Virus record (IMG/VR): IMGVR_UViG_3300020045_007008
Coordinates: 1 to 64,000 of that record
Reading direction: 5' to 3' (one strand)
From: a virus
DNA: 64,000 bases
The notes beneath the pieces are model-generated. The model did not search any database, was not told where the DNA came from, and saw only the letters and a program-made list of their open reading frames with translations. Made by a program: the position numbers and the translations under genes. Shown in pieces: positions 29,580 to 38,906 of this stretch (position 1 is the first letter of the stretch; the number at the start of each line of letters is the position of its first letter).

Positions 29580-29831
29580 TTGGAAAAGACAAACTGTCCA
29601 AAATGCCAGCGAGATATATACGGCAGAGCAGACAACTTTAAATGCTATTCTTGCGGAGACTACAAACGCAATCATGACGGCAAGTTAATCCCCACTACTT
29701 GCACAAGTTGCTCACAGCCTTTAACTAAGGGCTACTACAACACAGATAAAGGATTTATTTGTCCAGCTTGTATAGACACAAAGTTTATCCAAGAAAACAA
29801 AGACCTAATATCCAAACTCTATCGGGGATAA
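29580..29831 (+). CDS. Hypothetical multi-zinc-finger protein
   Basis: AAGGAG SD, TTG start, four CxxC pairs. Confidence 0.6.
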   Translation: MEKTNCPKCQRDIYGRADNFKCYSCGDYKRNHDGKLIPTTCTSCSQPLTKGYYNTDKGFICPACIDTKFIQENKDLISKLYRG

Positions 29832-29845
29832 TATATCCCCCTTTT
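29824..29845 (+). terminator. Putative terminator
   Basis: GGGGATA-ata-TATCCCC then CTTTT. Confidence 0.55.
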
Positions 29846-30049
29846 AAAAGATTATTAAATTATAATATGACCAAAAACCTAAAACCAATAATTAAATAAG
29901 TAATAAGTTTATGGAAAAGATGTTTAAATTAGTGGAAAGCCTTGAATCTTTAACAGAAAAAAAACTATTAATATTAATTATAGGTCTTCTTTTATCAAGA
30001 AAGGAAGACAGAAAAGAATTAGTAGAACAATTAACTAATCAATAAGTTT

Positions 30050-30243
30050 ATGGACAAAGAATGGACAAAAATAGTAAAAAACAAGATGACGCTAGATGAG
30101 ATATTCGCTATAGACAATTTAGAACATCGTAGAATAGCAGATGATAATATTTTGCAATTCGATATGAAGAGAAATGCTTGGAGGCTAAAGCTGGACTTAT
30201 CGGACTTAGCACCGATGAAATAGAGTGGGTTAAAGAATATTAA
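30050..30243 (+). pseudogene. Possible internally deleted DUF6745-like remnant
   Basis: MTLDEIFAIDNLEHRRIA, then in another frame KCLEAKAGLIGLSTDEIEW; family recognised from memory only. Confidence 0.35.
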
Positions 30244-30451
30244 TTTTAAATAATAATATGAAATACGAAGAAAAAATATTCTAGTCAGGCGTAACTATCG
30301 GCGTAGTAATAGCCGTTATAGCGTTTTTGATTACATTCGCCACTCTCTTCGCCCTAAGAGCCGAAGCCCAGACAGAGATTACGGCGAGGGTGGAGGAAAA
30401 TATTTGTAATAGTAATATTGAAATTTTAAAAGTGTGTTGTAAATAAAAATT

Positions 30452-30595
30452 ATGAAAATCTATAGAACATTATGCCCTAATTGTGGAGAAGAAATGGATA
30501 ATTTAATTGTTTTTGATTATCATTTCGAGTGCCCAATTTGTCATAAACATGTTTCATATGAACTTGCTAAGAGAAGACAAATACATATTTACTAA
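30452..30595 (+). CDS. Small zinc-ribbon protein; not in ORF track
   Basis: Hand translation MKIYRTLCPNCGEE...ECPICHK. Confidence 0.6.
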   Translation: MKIYRTLCPNCGEEMDNLIVFDYHFECPICHKHVSYELAKRRQIHIY

Positions 30596-30620
30596 AGTCG
30601 TTTCTTGCACTGTATTTCTT

Positions 30621-30924
30621 TTAGCGGATGATTGTAAATTAATCCCCACCACCAACCCTCTTGGGCAGGTTATTAATCTTGAGAGATTAATTTAATTGGT
30701 GGATGGGATTAGCGGATAATTAAAAACTAATCGTCCATTACAAGCTACGGGAGGCAGAATAGTAATGCATCTTAGAAATTGAACTAATGTTTATTTTCGG
30801 AGTAAGCAAGGTGACTATACAAGCGTGTCGCAGATGTAAAATTGCGACTGGCGGAGAGAATACCGCCTTTATAAAAAATTGACTACTTGTCAAATCCTTG
30901 CCCTGTAGCTTTTAGCGGATGATT
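30621..30924 (+). repeat. Three copies of TTAGCGGATRATT flanking structured modules
   Basis: Copies at 30621-33, 30709-21 and 30912-24. Confidence 0.8.
30742..30911 (+). ncRNA. tRNA-like RNA with a 77-nt structured insertion in the T-loop
   Basis: Terminal stem AAGCTACGGG/CCTGTAGCTT; D-like arm GCA-gaatagtaa-TGC; CAAGG-T[insert]TCAAAT-CCTTG. Confidence 0.65.
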
Positions 30925-31071
30925 AATAATAAGTATAAAAATTATGGCTTACACACCACCAAAAAAAGAATGCGAACACGATATAGACCATATGTGGAAT
31001 TATGATAAAGAGCGAAATCTATTTGTGTGTCTTAAATGTGGAGCAACTAAAAATTAATTACCCCCTCCCCT

Positions 31072-31163
31072 CCGATGAGAAATGAGCGAACCTGTTTTAA
31101 TCAAAGGTCTAGAACTTTAGTTATTAATTGGCTTCATCCAAGCGCGCGACCATTGCTCATCGG
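31072..31163 (+). ncRNA. Closed-end structured intergenic element
   Basis: CCGATGAG-a-AATG / CATT-g-CTCATCGG. Confidence 0.45.
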
Positions 31164-31492
31164 TAGAGAGTCGATAATTATTAAATAAAATATTATATGG
31201 AAAAAGAAAAATGCGCTAATTGTGGAAAGGCACTTAGCACAGACAAAGTTGAGCAAAGTAATTGGAAATTGTATTGCCCGGAATGTATAGAAAAAGACCC
31301 TACACTCTTACTTCCTGATTTACTAAATAAATAATATGAAACCAAAATACAAATTTCACATTTCAATAATTGGTAACGAAAGCAAGCACAAAGCATTTGT
31401 GTCGGTTAATACCAATATTAATGAGAAAGAAGTCATCGCCCTGGAGAAAAAGATATATGGTGTTATTAAAAGGCATTTAGAGAAGAAATAAT

Positions 31493-31720
31493 ATGGAAAA
31501 TGAAATAATCAAAAGGTTTAGGAAATTATTGGTTGAAGACCAATTATCGCAACCTGACTGTGAAAAATTCATCCTCTCCGAACTTAAAGCCTTAAAAGAG
31601 GAGTGTGTCGGGAAAAAAAGAATTTATACACCAGATATGCCAGCTTCTTATAAATTTTTTAGAGGCTATAATAAAAAAAGAGAAGAAATAATCAAAGCCT
31701 TCGAAAAGCGAGGTATTTAA
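31493..31720 (+). CDS. Hypothetical protein
   Basis: ORF with GYN...EI pattern. Confidence 0.55.
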   Translation: MENEIIKRFRKLLVEDQLSQPDCEKFILSELKALKEECVGKKRIYTPDMPASYKFFRGYNKKREEIIKAFEKRGI

Positions 31721-31725
31721 AATAT

Positions 31726-31938
31726 ATGAAAGAACATAAATGCTGACCAATAAAAATAGGTGAACATCCAAATAGCAATCAGTATAGGTTTCAATGTTTA
31801 AAACAAAAAGGATTTTTACATTTTGTTGAAATTTATAATTGTTGGACTTGTTGGGAAAAAGTAGAATTTAGAATACCATTTTTACAGTCAATATTTTTTA
31901 AAAAGACATTATATTGGAAAGTACACGGAGAAAAATAA
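31726..31938 (+). pseudogene. Small ORF interrupted by an in-frame TGA at codon 7
   Basis: MKEHKC*PIKIGEHP...CWTCW...HGEK; fills the intergenic gap. Confidence 0.45.
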
Positions 31939-32011
31939 ATAATAAAATTTTAGTAAAATATTCTAAAGATAAGAATATAAATTTATAATAACATTAAACA
32001 TTATTTAGATA

Positions 32012-32040
32012 TTGACTTTTTATATAATATTATATATAAT
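32012..32040 (+). promoter_or_regulatory. Sigma70-type promoter for the replication module
   Basis: TTGACT-17-TATAAT. Confidence 0.8.
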
Positions 32041-32066
32041 AATTAAATAATAAATAATATAATTCT

Positions 32067-32393
32067 ATGAAATTAACAATCAAAAAAATCACAAAAAATC
32101 AAAAAATTTCAAAAAAAACAAATAATCCATATACTTCAATCGGTCTATTAACTGAAGAATATGGTGATAAACAATGGATTAATGGTTTCGGCAATAAACA
32201 AAATGAAGATTGGAAAATTGGAGATGTAATAAATGTTGAACTTACACAAGGAGAATATAATGGAAATAAAACATTGAATTTTTCTATGATTGATGAGAAA
32301 GAAAATAATTCTAATAAATCAGATGATAGAATTATTAATGCTTTAAGAGAAATTTATACGAAATTACAAGAAATTGAAAAATTAATTAAATAA
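32067..32393 (+). CDS. Putative OB-fold ssDNA-binding protein
   Basis: Beta-rich, WINGFG...WKIGDVINVE...LNF; first gene of the replication module. Confidence 0.5.
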   Translation: MKLTIKKITKNQKISKKTNNPYTSIGLLTEEYGDKQWINGFGNKQNEDWKIGDVINVELTQGEYNGNKTLNFSMIDEKENNSNKSDDRIINALREIYTKLQEIEKLIK

Positions 32394-32430
32394 AAAAAAG
32401 TAATTAGCTTGTCAGTTATTTACTAAAAAG

Positions 32431-32706
32431 ATGAAAGAAAAAGAAATTATATCATTAAATGAGCTTTACAAATCAAAAAAAATTTATTGGATAGATACTT
32501 CATTAACATTAAGAAAATGGATACAAAGAGATATTATTACAAATAATATTTTAGAAGCAAAAACAATAGAGTCAAATGGATATCAAACAGGATTAAGATA
32601 TTACATTCCTAAAAAGAATGTGAATTCGTTTATTATTGCCTTTGAACAAGGAAATTTATATGAAAAAAACAATACAACTAATAGAAAAAATCCACCAAGA
32701 ATATGA
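32431..32706 (+). CDS. Putative DNA-binding (excisionase/wHTH-like) protein
   Basis: TLRKWI...L.A......G.RYYIP..NV..FI. Confidence 0.45.
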   Translation: MKEKEIISLNELYKSKKIYWIDTSLTLRKWIQRDIITNNILEAKTIESNGYQTGLRYYIPKKNVNSFIIAFEQGNLYEKNNTTNRKNPPRI

Positions 32707-33205
32707 AGAAGAATTTTTTAATCTCCAAATCCAAAAGGACCAATTAGATACTATCATTGAAGTTGATAGAATTTTAGAAATATTAAATCTCGGTAAAGTT
32801 GACGAAAAGGTCAAAGAGAACCGGGATTTTTTATTCTGGGATGGGGATAAATTAATTAATGCAGAAGCAAAATTATCTCGATATTCAGAAAAGATTGGAG
32901 ATTGGATTACATTTCATGAATCACGGTCAGATTTTTCTTGGCTATGGCGTAAAGGAAAAATGTCAGAAGATTGGCTACCAATGAAAACAGAAATAAAAAA
33001 TAATCTTGGAAAGGTAACAAATGATGATGTGAATAATAAACTAGTTGAAAAATATCTAGGTGAACAATTCTATTCTATGTTTCATAGAAGACGAGCAGAT
33101 TATCTAATTAGAAAAATCGATGCAATAGATAGAATGTTAAGAACAATTGCCCACCGGTTAAAAGAATTAAGCAGACAACAATCATTACCACAGGATAATA
33201 ATTAA
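32636..33205 (+). CDS. Hypothetical helical protein
   Basis: ORF; likely start at the internal MKKTIQ. Confidence 0.6.
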   Translation: MPLNKEIYMKKTIQLIEKIHQEYEEEFFNLQIQKDQLDTIIEVDRILEILNLGKVDEKVKENRDFLFWDGDKLINAEAKLSRYSEKIGDWITFHESRSDFSWLWRKGKMSEDWLPMKTEIKNNLGKVTNDDVNNKLVEKYLGEQFYSMFHRRRADYLIRKIDAIDRMLRTIAHRLKELSRQQSLPQDNN

Positions 33206-33248
33206 TTTGATTTTTATATTGAATAATGTTCTAATATAAAAAATTAAT

Positions 33249-34226
33249 ATGACAAAAAATAGATATATAAATACAAGAATGTGGCGTGATGTTTCATTTA
33301 GAAAATTTACTAAAGATGAAAAATTGTTATTCTTATATTTATTAACTAATCCAGATACTAATATAGCAGGAATATATGAAATACCACTTGACCAAATATC
33401 TTTAGATACAGGAATAAGTGAAAATGATATTAAATCTATTTTTAAAAATTTTGAAAAATTTGATAAAATTTTCTATATTGATGGGTGGGTTTTTATTAAA
33501 AATTTTATAAAATATCAAAAAATAAATCCAAAAATTGAAATTGGCATTGAAAACTGTAAAAAAGAAGTACCATCTAAAATTTATTTAAAGTTACAGAAAA
33601 TTGATAGCCTATTAAAGCCTATCGATAGCATTTCAAAGCCTTCGAATAATAATAATAAGAATTATAATAATAATTATAATAAGAATATTATTACGCAGAA
33701 AAAATCTTCGATTTTGTCTGACAGTGGATTAATATTTGATTTTGACCAAGAAAAGGAAAAAATGCAATCTAGTAAATTACTATGGCGAAAGATATTAATA
33801 AATTACTGGTTGATAAAAGACATAAAAATAACCTCTCGTGAAATGTTTAAATCTGCACATGATAGAGATATAAAATCATCAAAGTCAATTGCTTGTTATG
33901 AATATGATGATATAATCGGTTGTATGCAATGGCTAAAAAATACTGCTGATTATGATTGGAAATTAGAAACAATACATAAAAAAATAGATTGGTATTTAAA
34001 AAACATCAAGAATATAAATATAAAACAAGATAATGAAGATAAAAGAAAAATATTATCAAAAGATTGTAAAATATGTAAAGATGGATATATTCTAATGGTG
34101 AATGATAAAAAATACGAGGAATTATTACCATGTGAGTGTATATATTCAACAATTTCAACAAAAAAACTAGAAGAATTGAAAGAATATATCAAAAAAAATA
34201 ATTTCAAGATGAAAGTTGATACCTAG
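33249..34226 (+). CDS. Replication initiator / replisome organiser (DnaD-like wHTH N-domain)
   Basis: RYINT.MW.D..F.....EKLLFLYLLTNP.TNIAGIYEI....I..DTG; Asn-rich linker; C-terminal CKIC...PCEC. Confidence 0.75.
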   Translation: MTKNRYINTRMWRDVSFRKFTKDEKLLFLYLLTNPDTNIAGIYEIPLDQISLDTGISENDIKSIFKNFEKFDKIFYIDGWVFIKNFIKYQKINPKIEIGIENCKKEVPSKIYLKLQKIDSLLKPIDSISKPSNNNNKNYNNNYNKNIITQKKSSILSDSGLIFDFDQEKEKMQSSKLLWRKILINYWLIKDIKITSREMFKSAHDRDIKSSKSIACYEYDDIIGCMQWLKNTADYDWKLETIHKKIDWYLKNIKNINIKQDNEDKRKILSKDCKICKDGYILMVNDKKYEELLPCECIYSTISTKKLEELKEYIKKNNFKMKVDT

Positions 34227-34357
34227 TTCACTATTAGCATATTGAAATTCCTTGAAATTCGATAGCGTGCTAATGAGTTTAGGTGAAAGTTAATATAATA
34301 TACATTCCATAAAAAAATAACCGTAGAAACGCGTATAATCGCAAATCTATCAAGACT

Positions 34358-35884
34358 ATGTATCTAGAAGCATTGAAATATCTAAAATTAGGTTGGTCTA
34401 TAATACCAATAGGTGAAAATAAACGACCACTTATTGCTTGGAAAAAATATCAGACTGAATTACCAACAGAACAAGATATTGAATTATGGTTTAAAGAACC
34501 AGAGAAAATGGGTAAAGCACCAAATATTGGATTGATAACTGGAAAAATTTCAAATGTTACTGTAGTTGATGTTGAAAATGGTGGGAATGCAAATGATTTG
34601 CCAGAAACATTAATATCAAAAACAGGTGGAGGTGGGTTTCATTATTTTTTTAAATATCAAAAAGATATTGGAAATCTAGTACGAGTAAGAGAATTAACTG
34701 ATATTCGCAACGATGGTGGCTATGTCATCCTTCCTCCCTCCAAATCTACCAAAGGAGGATATGAATGGAGGAAAATAATTCCACTTGTTGAATTTCCAAT
34801 TGAATTATTCAATGTAAAAAAATTCAATAAACCAGAGAGAATAGATATACCTATTCCTGAATATCCCGGAGTAAATGATGGTCAGAGAAATGATGCTATG
34901 CTGAGATATATTGGAAAAATAATTCCATTAATTCATCCATTGGATTGGGAGACAATCGGCTGGGAAAAAATAAAAGAAGCAAATGAAAAAAATAATCCAC
35001 CATTAACAGAAAAAGAAATTAGAGGAATGTTTGATGGAATTTGTAAAAATGAAAAAAATAATCCAAGTCTAAGAAAAGGAGTTCCAATAATACAAGAAGA
35101 GGAAGACGATGATGAAGATATTTTACCTATTTGGCAAATTGCAGAAATGACAGATATGAAAGATTTAGAAACATTCCCTTGTGGAATAGATGATTTTGAT
35201 AATGCTATCATGGGAGGATTTAAAGAAGGAGATTTGATAGTTATTACTGCTAAAACCGGTGAGGGTAAGACGACTTTTGCTCAGTCAATAACTTATAATA
35301 TGGCGAATAATGGAGTACCTTGTTTATTCTTTTCTTATGAAGTTTTAATTACAAATGTTTGGAAAGCATTTCAGAAGATGGGAGCAACGAATGAACATTT
35401 AATTTTTTCTCCATTTAAAACATCATCTGGAACAATAGATTGGCTTGAAAGAAAAATATTACAAGCAATAAAAAAATATGGTACGAAAATGATTGTGATT
35501 GACCACTTGGGATTTTTATTTCCTCGTAAAACTGGATTCGATTCACAAATGAGTGCAAATTATTCTGCTTTTCTTGGAAATGTATGTAGAGATTTAAAAA
35601 CATTAGCTATAAATAATAAATTAATAATTATTCTTTTAGCTCATTTAAGAAAAACAGATAAACCAACTATCAATGATTTAAAAGATAGTGTTGGTATAGG
35701 ACAAGAATCAGATACTGTATTTATTTTAGAACGACAATTAGCAAATCAAAAAACTGGTTCAACTGAATTATATTCAAATGATACTATGATTACTTTAGTA
35801 AAAAATAGAATGGGAGGAAGTACACCAAAAGTATTATGTCATCTAGAAAATGGACGATTTAAAAAGAAATTTGAATTAAATTAG
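34358..35884 (+). CDS. Bifunctional primase-polymerase + PriCT + DnaB/RecA-like helicase fusion
   Basis: GWSIIP, NIGLITG, VVDVE, TGGGGFHYFF, GGYVILPPS, GQRND; Walker A AKTGEGKTT, VIDHL, KNRMGG. Confidence 0.9.
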   Translation: MYLEALKYLKLGWSIIPIGENKRPLIAWKKYQTELPTEQDIELWFKEPEKMGKAPNIGLITGKISNVTVVDVENGGNANDLPETLISKTGGGGFHYFFKYQKDIGNLVRVRELTDIRNDGGYVILPPSKSTKGGYEWRKIIPLVEFPIELFNVKKFNKPERIDIPIPEYPGVNDGQRNDAMLRYIGKIIPLIHPLDWETIGWEKIKEANEKNNPPLTEKEIRGMFDGICKNEKNNPSLRKGVPIIQEEEDDDEDILPIWQIAEMTDMKDLETFPCGIDDFDNAIMGGFKEGDLIVITAKTGEGKTTFAQSITYNMANNGVPCLFFSYEVLITNVWKAFQKMGATNEHLIFSPFKTSSGTIDWLERKILQAIKKYGTKMIVIDHLGFLFPRKTGFDSQMSANYSAFLGNVCRDLKTLAINNKLIIILLAHLRKTDKPTINDLKDSVGIGQESDTVFILERQLANQKTGSTELYSNDTMITLVKNRMGGSTPKVLCHLENGRFKKKFELN

Positions 35885-35887
35885 GTA

Positions 35888-35916
35888 TTGACTAATGATA
35901 TATAATAATATATAAT
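35888..35916 (+). promoter_or_regulatory. Sigma70-type promoter
   Basis: TTGACT-17-TATAAT. Confidence 0.7.
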
Positions 35917-36168
35917 ATGGATAAGCAACAAAGAAAAGTATATAATCGAGAATATTATAGAGTATATAATCATAAACCAGAGGCAAGAGAAAAAAGATTA
36001 TTGAGAGCTAGAATATCTGCCGCTGTACGAAAGAAAAAAATAAAAAGACAAGCTTGTTATTGTTGTAAAGAGAAAAAAGTTATGGTATATTTAGATGCTG
36101 TTGATGAATTAGGATTAATTTGGTTATGTAAAAAACATCATTTGTATTTTAGAAAATTAAATAAATAA
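35917..36168 (+). CDS. Degenerate HNH-like small protein
   Basis: CYCC...WLCKKHH. Confidence 0.5.
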   Translation: MDKQQRKVYNREYYRVYNHKPEAREKRLLRARISAAVRKKKIKRQACYCCKEKKVMVYLDAVDELGLIWLCKKHHLYFRKLNK

Positions 36169-36181
36169 TTTAAAGATTAAT

Positions 36182-37120
36182 ATGAAAACATTACGAACAG
36201 TAATCAAAGAGAAAATTTTTGAGATTGGAGAAGAAAGAACAAGAGTAAAAAAATCATTTTGGTGTACAGAATCAGAGACAAATCAACTTGAATTATTTTT
36301 TAAATTCAAAGGGATTAAGCCAACCAATCCAATGAAACCAGAAACAAAATTTGGATTGAATATTAGAAAAAAAGTTGAAGATGTTATTCTAAGTTATCTT
36401 GAAGATATAATAATCAAACCAAAGCGATATGAAGATGAAGATGGAACAATTATTGAAAATCCTGAGCAACATAGAGTAAAAATGGAAAGATTAGGAGTTC
36501 CAATCACTGGATATATGGATGCAGTTATAAAAGAAAGAGTAGAAGTAGAATCTGGGGCTGATGGAGTTAATGGGCAATGGATTGAATTACCAGTAGAAAT
36601 AAAAACAAGTTACGGTCCATTTGCTGAAGCAGAATTAAAAAGATGTGAACCTAAATTAGGATATCTAAAACAACTTGGCCAATATATGGATTTCATGGGA
36701 GTTAATAAGGGATATTTATTTCAATTACATTTTAGTAATAATGGATTTATCCCAGATGATTTTTATCAATTTGCTTTAATAAGAAATGGAAATAAATTTA
36801 AATGTGGCAATATCGAATTTGATATTTATGAAGATATATATAAACGATATGAAAGAATATGGAATAATTATATTGTACCAAATATCGAACCACCATCAGA
36901 ATATAAATATAAATATAAATTAGATGAAATAGATTGGAGAAGAATACCAAAATCAAAAGTAACTAATGCAAGAAATAATAGAGCAGTAATTGGTGATTGG
37001 CAAATTCAATATTCAGATTGGAAAGATTTAATTATACAAAAAGAAGGAACACAGTTAGGGTATACAGACCAAGAATTAAATTATATTAAAGATTGTACAA
37101 AAGGATTTACATCGTGGTAA
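36182..37120 (+). CDS. Cas4-like / PD-(D/E)XK exonuclease
   Basis: ITGYMDA...VEIKT...QLGQYM. Confidence 0.7.
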   Translation: MKTLRTVIKEKIFEIGEERTRVKKSFWCTESETNQLELFFKFKGIKPTNPMKPETKFGLNIRKKVEDVILSYLEDIIIKPKRYEDEDGTIIENPEQHRVKMERLGVPITGYMDAVIKERVEVESGADGVNGQWIELPVEIKTSYGPFAEAELKRCEPKLGYLKQLGQYMDFMGVNKGYLFQLHFSNNGFIPDDFYQFALIRNGNKFKCGNIEFDIYEDIYKRYERIWNNYIVPNIEPPSEYKYKYKLDEIDWRRIPKSKVTNARNNRAVIGDWQIQYSDWKDLIIQKEGTQLGYTDQELNYIKDCTKGFTSW

Positions 37121-37170
37121 TAAATAATTATTAAATAAGCATATGAAAATAACAAAATATAAAAACAATT

Positions 37171-37650
37171 ATGCATAGAGGAAAATATAAGAGAACGAAA
37201 GAAATAAAATTAAAAATAAGTAAATCTTTAACGGGACATAAGCGAACAATGGAATCAAGGCAAAAACAAAGCGAATCCACTAAAGGTAAAAAACAATCTA
37301 AAATTCATATTAAAAACAGAAGTATATCAATGATAGGTAAGAACACCGGTAAAAAACGAACAGAAGAACAAAACAAAAAAAGAAGTTTATTATCTAAAGA
37401 AGAAAAAAATCCAAATTGGAAAGGTAAAAAAGCCGGATACACATCTATTCATATATGGTTAAAAACAAATCACGGAAAAGCAGATAAATGTGAAAATTTG
37501 GATTGTATTGGAAAATCAAAAATATATGATTATGCTTTACTAAGAAATAAAGAATATGACCATAAAAGAGAAAATTTTATAAAGTTATGTAGAAGTTGCC
37601 ATAAAAAATATGATTTAAGTAATAATTTTTTTATAAACATAAATAAGTAA
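37171..37650 (+). CDS. NUMOD3-repeat HNH homing endonuclease
   Basis: RTxEx(K/R)xKxS repeats, NPNWKG, IHIW, LCRSCH. Confidence 0.75.
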   Translation: MHRGKYKRTKEIKLKISKSLTGHKRTMESRQKQSESTKGKKQSKIHIKNRSISMIGKNTGKKRTEEQNKKRSLLSKEEKNPNWKGKKAGYTSIHIWLKTNHGKADKCENLDCIGKSKIYDYALLRNKEYDHKRENFIKLCRSCHKKYDLSNNFFININK

Positions 37651-37654
37651 AAAT

Positions 37655-38896
37655 ATGAAGATAGTTCGTTTTAGAGCAATTAATTACAAGGGAATTAAAC
37701 AAATAGAAATTATTCCAGAAGGAAATTTAGTGATAGTATCTGGAAAAAATGGAGCTGGAAAATCATCAACATTAGATGGAATAAAAAACATTTTAGCAGG
37801 CAAAGACAAAATAACAAAACACCCAATTAGAAATGGTGAAGATAGAGCAGAGTTAGAATTAGATATTGAAGGACAATCTAGTAATGGTATAAAAGTAAAC
37901 TATAAAATAAAAAAAGTTTTTACTGAAAATGGAGAACAATTACAAATAATTAATAATGATGGATTGAAATATCCTAGCCCTCAAAGTTTTCTGAATAAAC
38001 TAACTGGTAGTAAAAGTTTTGACCCAAATGAGTTTCTAAATAAATCAGAAAAAGAACAAAGAGAAGAATTAATTAAATTTTCAGGAATTGATTTAGCTAA
38101 AGAAGATAGAGACTTACAAGATATTTATGACCAAAGACATCAAGTTGGAATAGAAGGAAAAGCATTAGCACAATATAATGATACTCAAATACAAGAAGCA
38201 AAAGAATATGAAAATATTGAAGAAATTAATATTAGTGATTTAACAAATAAATTAGAAGTAGAACAAAATAAACATCGAGAATATAATAGTGCTCAAAATG
38301 AATTATTATCAAATGATGAAAAAATAAAAAATTTAGAAAATCAAATTCAATTAATAAAAGTTAGAAATGAATTATTAAAAGATATTAAAAAACCAGAAAG
38401 CAATATTGAAGAAATAAAAATAGAACTCAATACTGCAGATGATAAGAATAAAAAAATAAGACAATCAAAACAAATTTTAGAGAATAATGAAAAGGTTATT
38501 TCAAAGAAAAAGGAATGGATTGGATTAGATTTACAATATAAAGAAAAACAAAATGAACGTCAGCAATTATTATCTGCTATGGAATTACCATTAGACGGAT
38601 TAGTAGTTACAGAGGATGAAATATTATTTAATAATGTTCCGATTAAACAATTATCAACAAGTGAAGCAATGAAAATAGCAATTGCAATGTATATTGAAAC
38701 TTGTGTCAGAGATGGAATAGAATTAAAACTAGTTACTATAAAAAATGGAAATGATTTTGACGATGATAGTATAAAAATAATTGCAGAAATAGTTGATGGA
38801 TATGAAGATTTAACTATGTTTATTGAAAGAGTAGTTAATAGTGAAAATGAAGCAGTTGGAATATATATCGAAGAGGGTGTTATAATTAAAAAATAA
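37655..38896 (+). CDS. SMC/Rad50-like ABC ATPase
   Basis: NYKGIK, GKNGAGKSS Walker A, coiled coil, LSTSE signature. Confidence 0.8.
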   Translation: MKIVRFRAINYKGIKQIEIIPEGNLVIVSGKNGAGKSSTLDGIKNILAGKDKITKHPIRNGEDRAELELDIEGQSSNGIKVNYKIKKVFTENGEQLQIINNDGLKYPSPQSFLNKLTGSKSFDPNEFLNKSEKEQREELIKFSGIDLAKEDRDLQDIYDQRHQVGIEGKALAQYNDTQIQEAKEYENIEEINISDLTNKLEVEQNKHREYNSAQNELLSNDEKIKNLENQIQLIKVRNELLKDIKKPESNIEEIKIELNTADDKNKKIRQSKQILENNEKVISKKKEWIGLDLQYKEKQNERQQLLSAMELPLDGLVVTEDEILFNNVPIKQLSTSEAMKIAIAMYIETCVRDGIELKLVTIKNGNDFDDDSIKIIAEIVDGYEDLTMFIERVVNSENEAVGIYIEEGVIIKK

Positions 38897-38906
38897 AACA
38901 ATAATT

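Noticed and set aside
30507-30695. 62-aa ORF from the track
   Set aside because: It overlaps the zinc-ribbon ORF 30452..30595 and the structured repeat region; likely spurious.
30621-30924. CRISPR mini-array
   Set aside because: Repeats are only 13 nt with unequal long spacers; the Cas4-like gene is a common stand-alone phage nuclease.
25081-34243. Shared ATTAGCATATT word in two intergenic regions (near 25081 and 34233)
   Set aside because: An AT-rich 11-mer occurring twice is within chance expectation; no further support.
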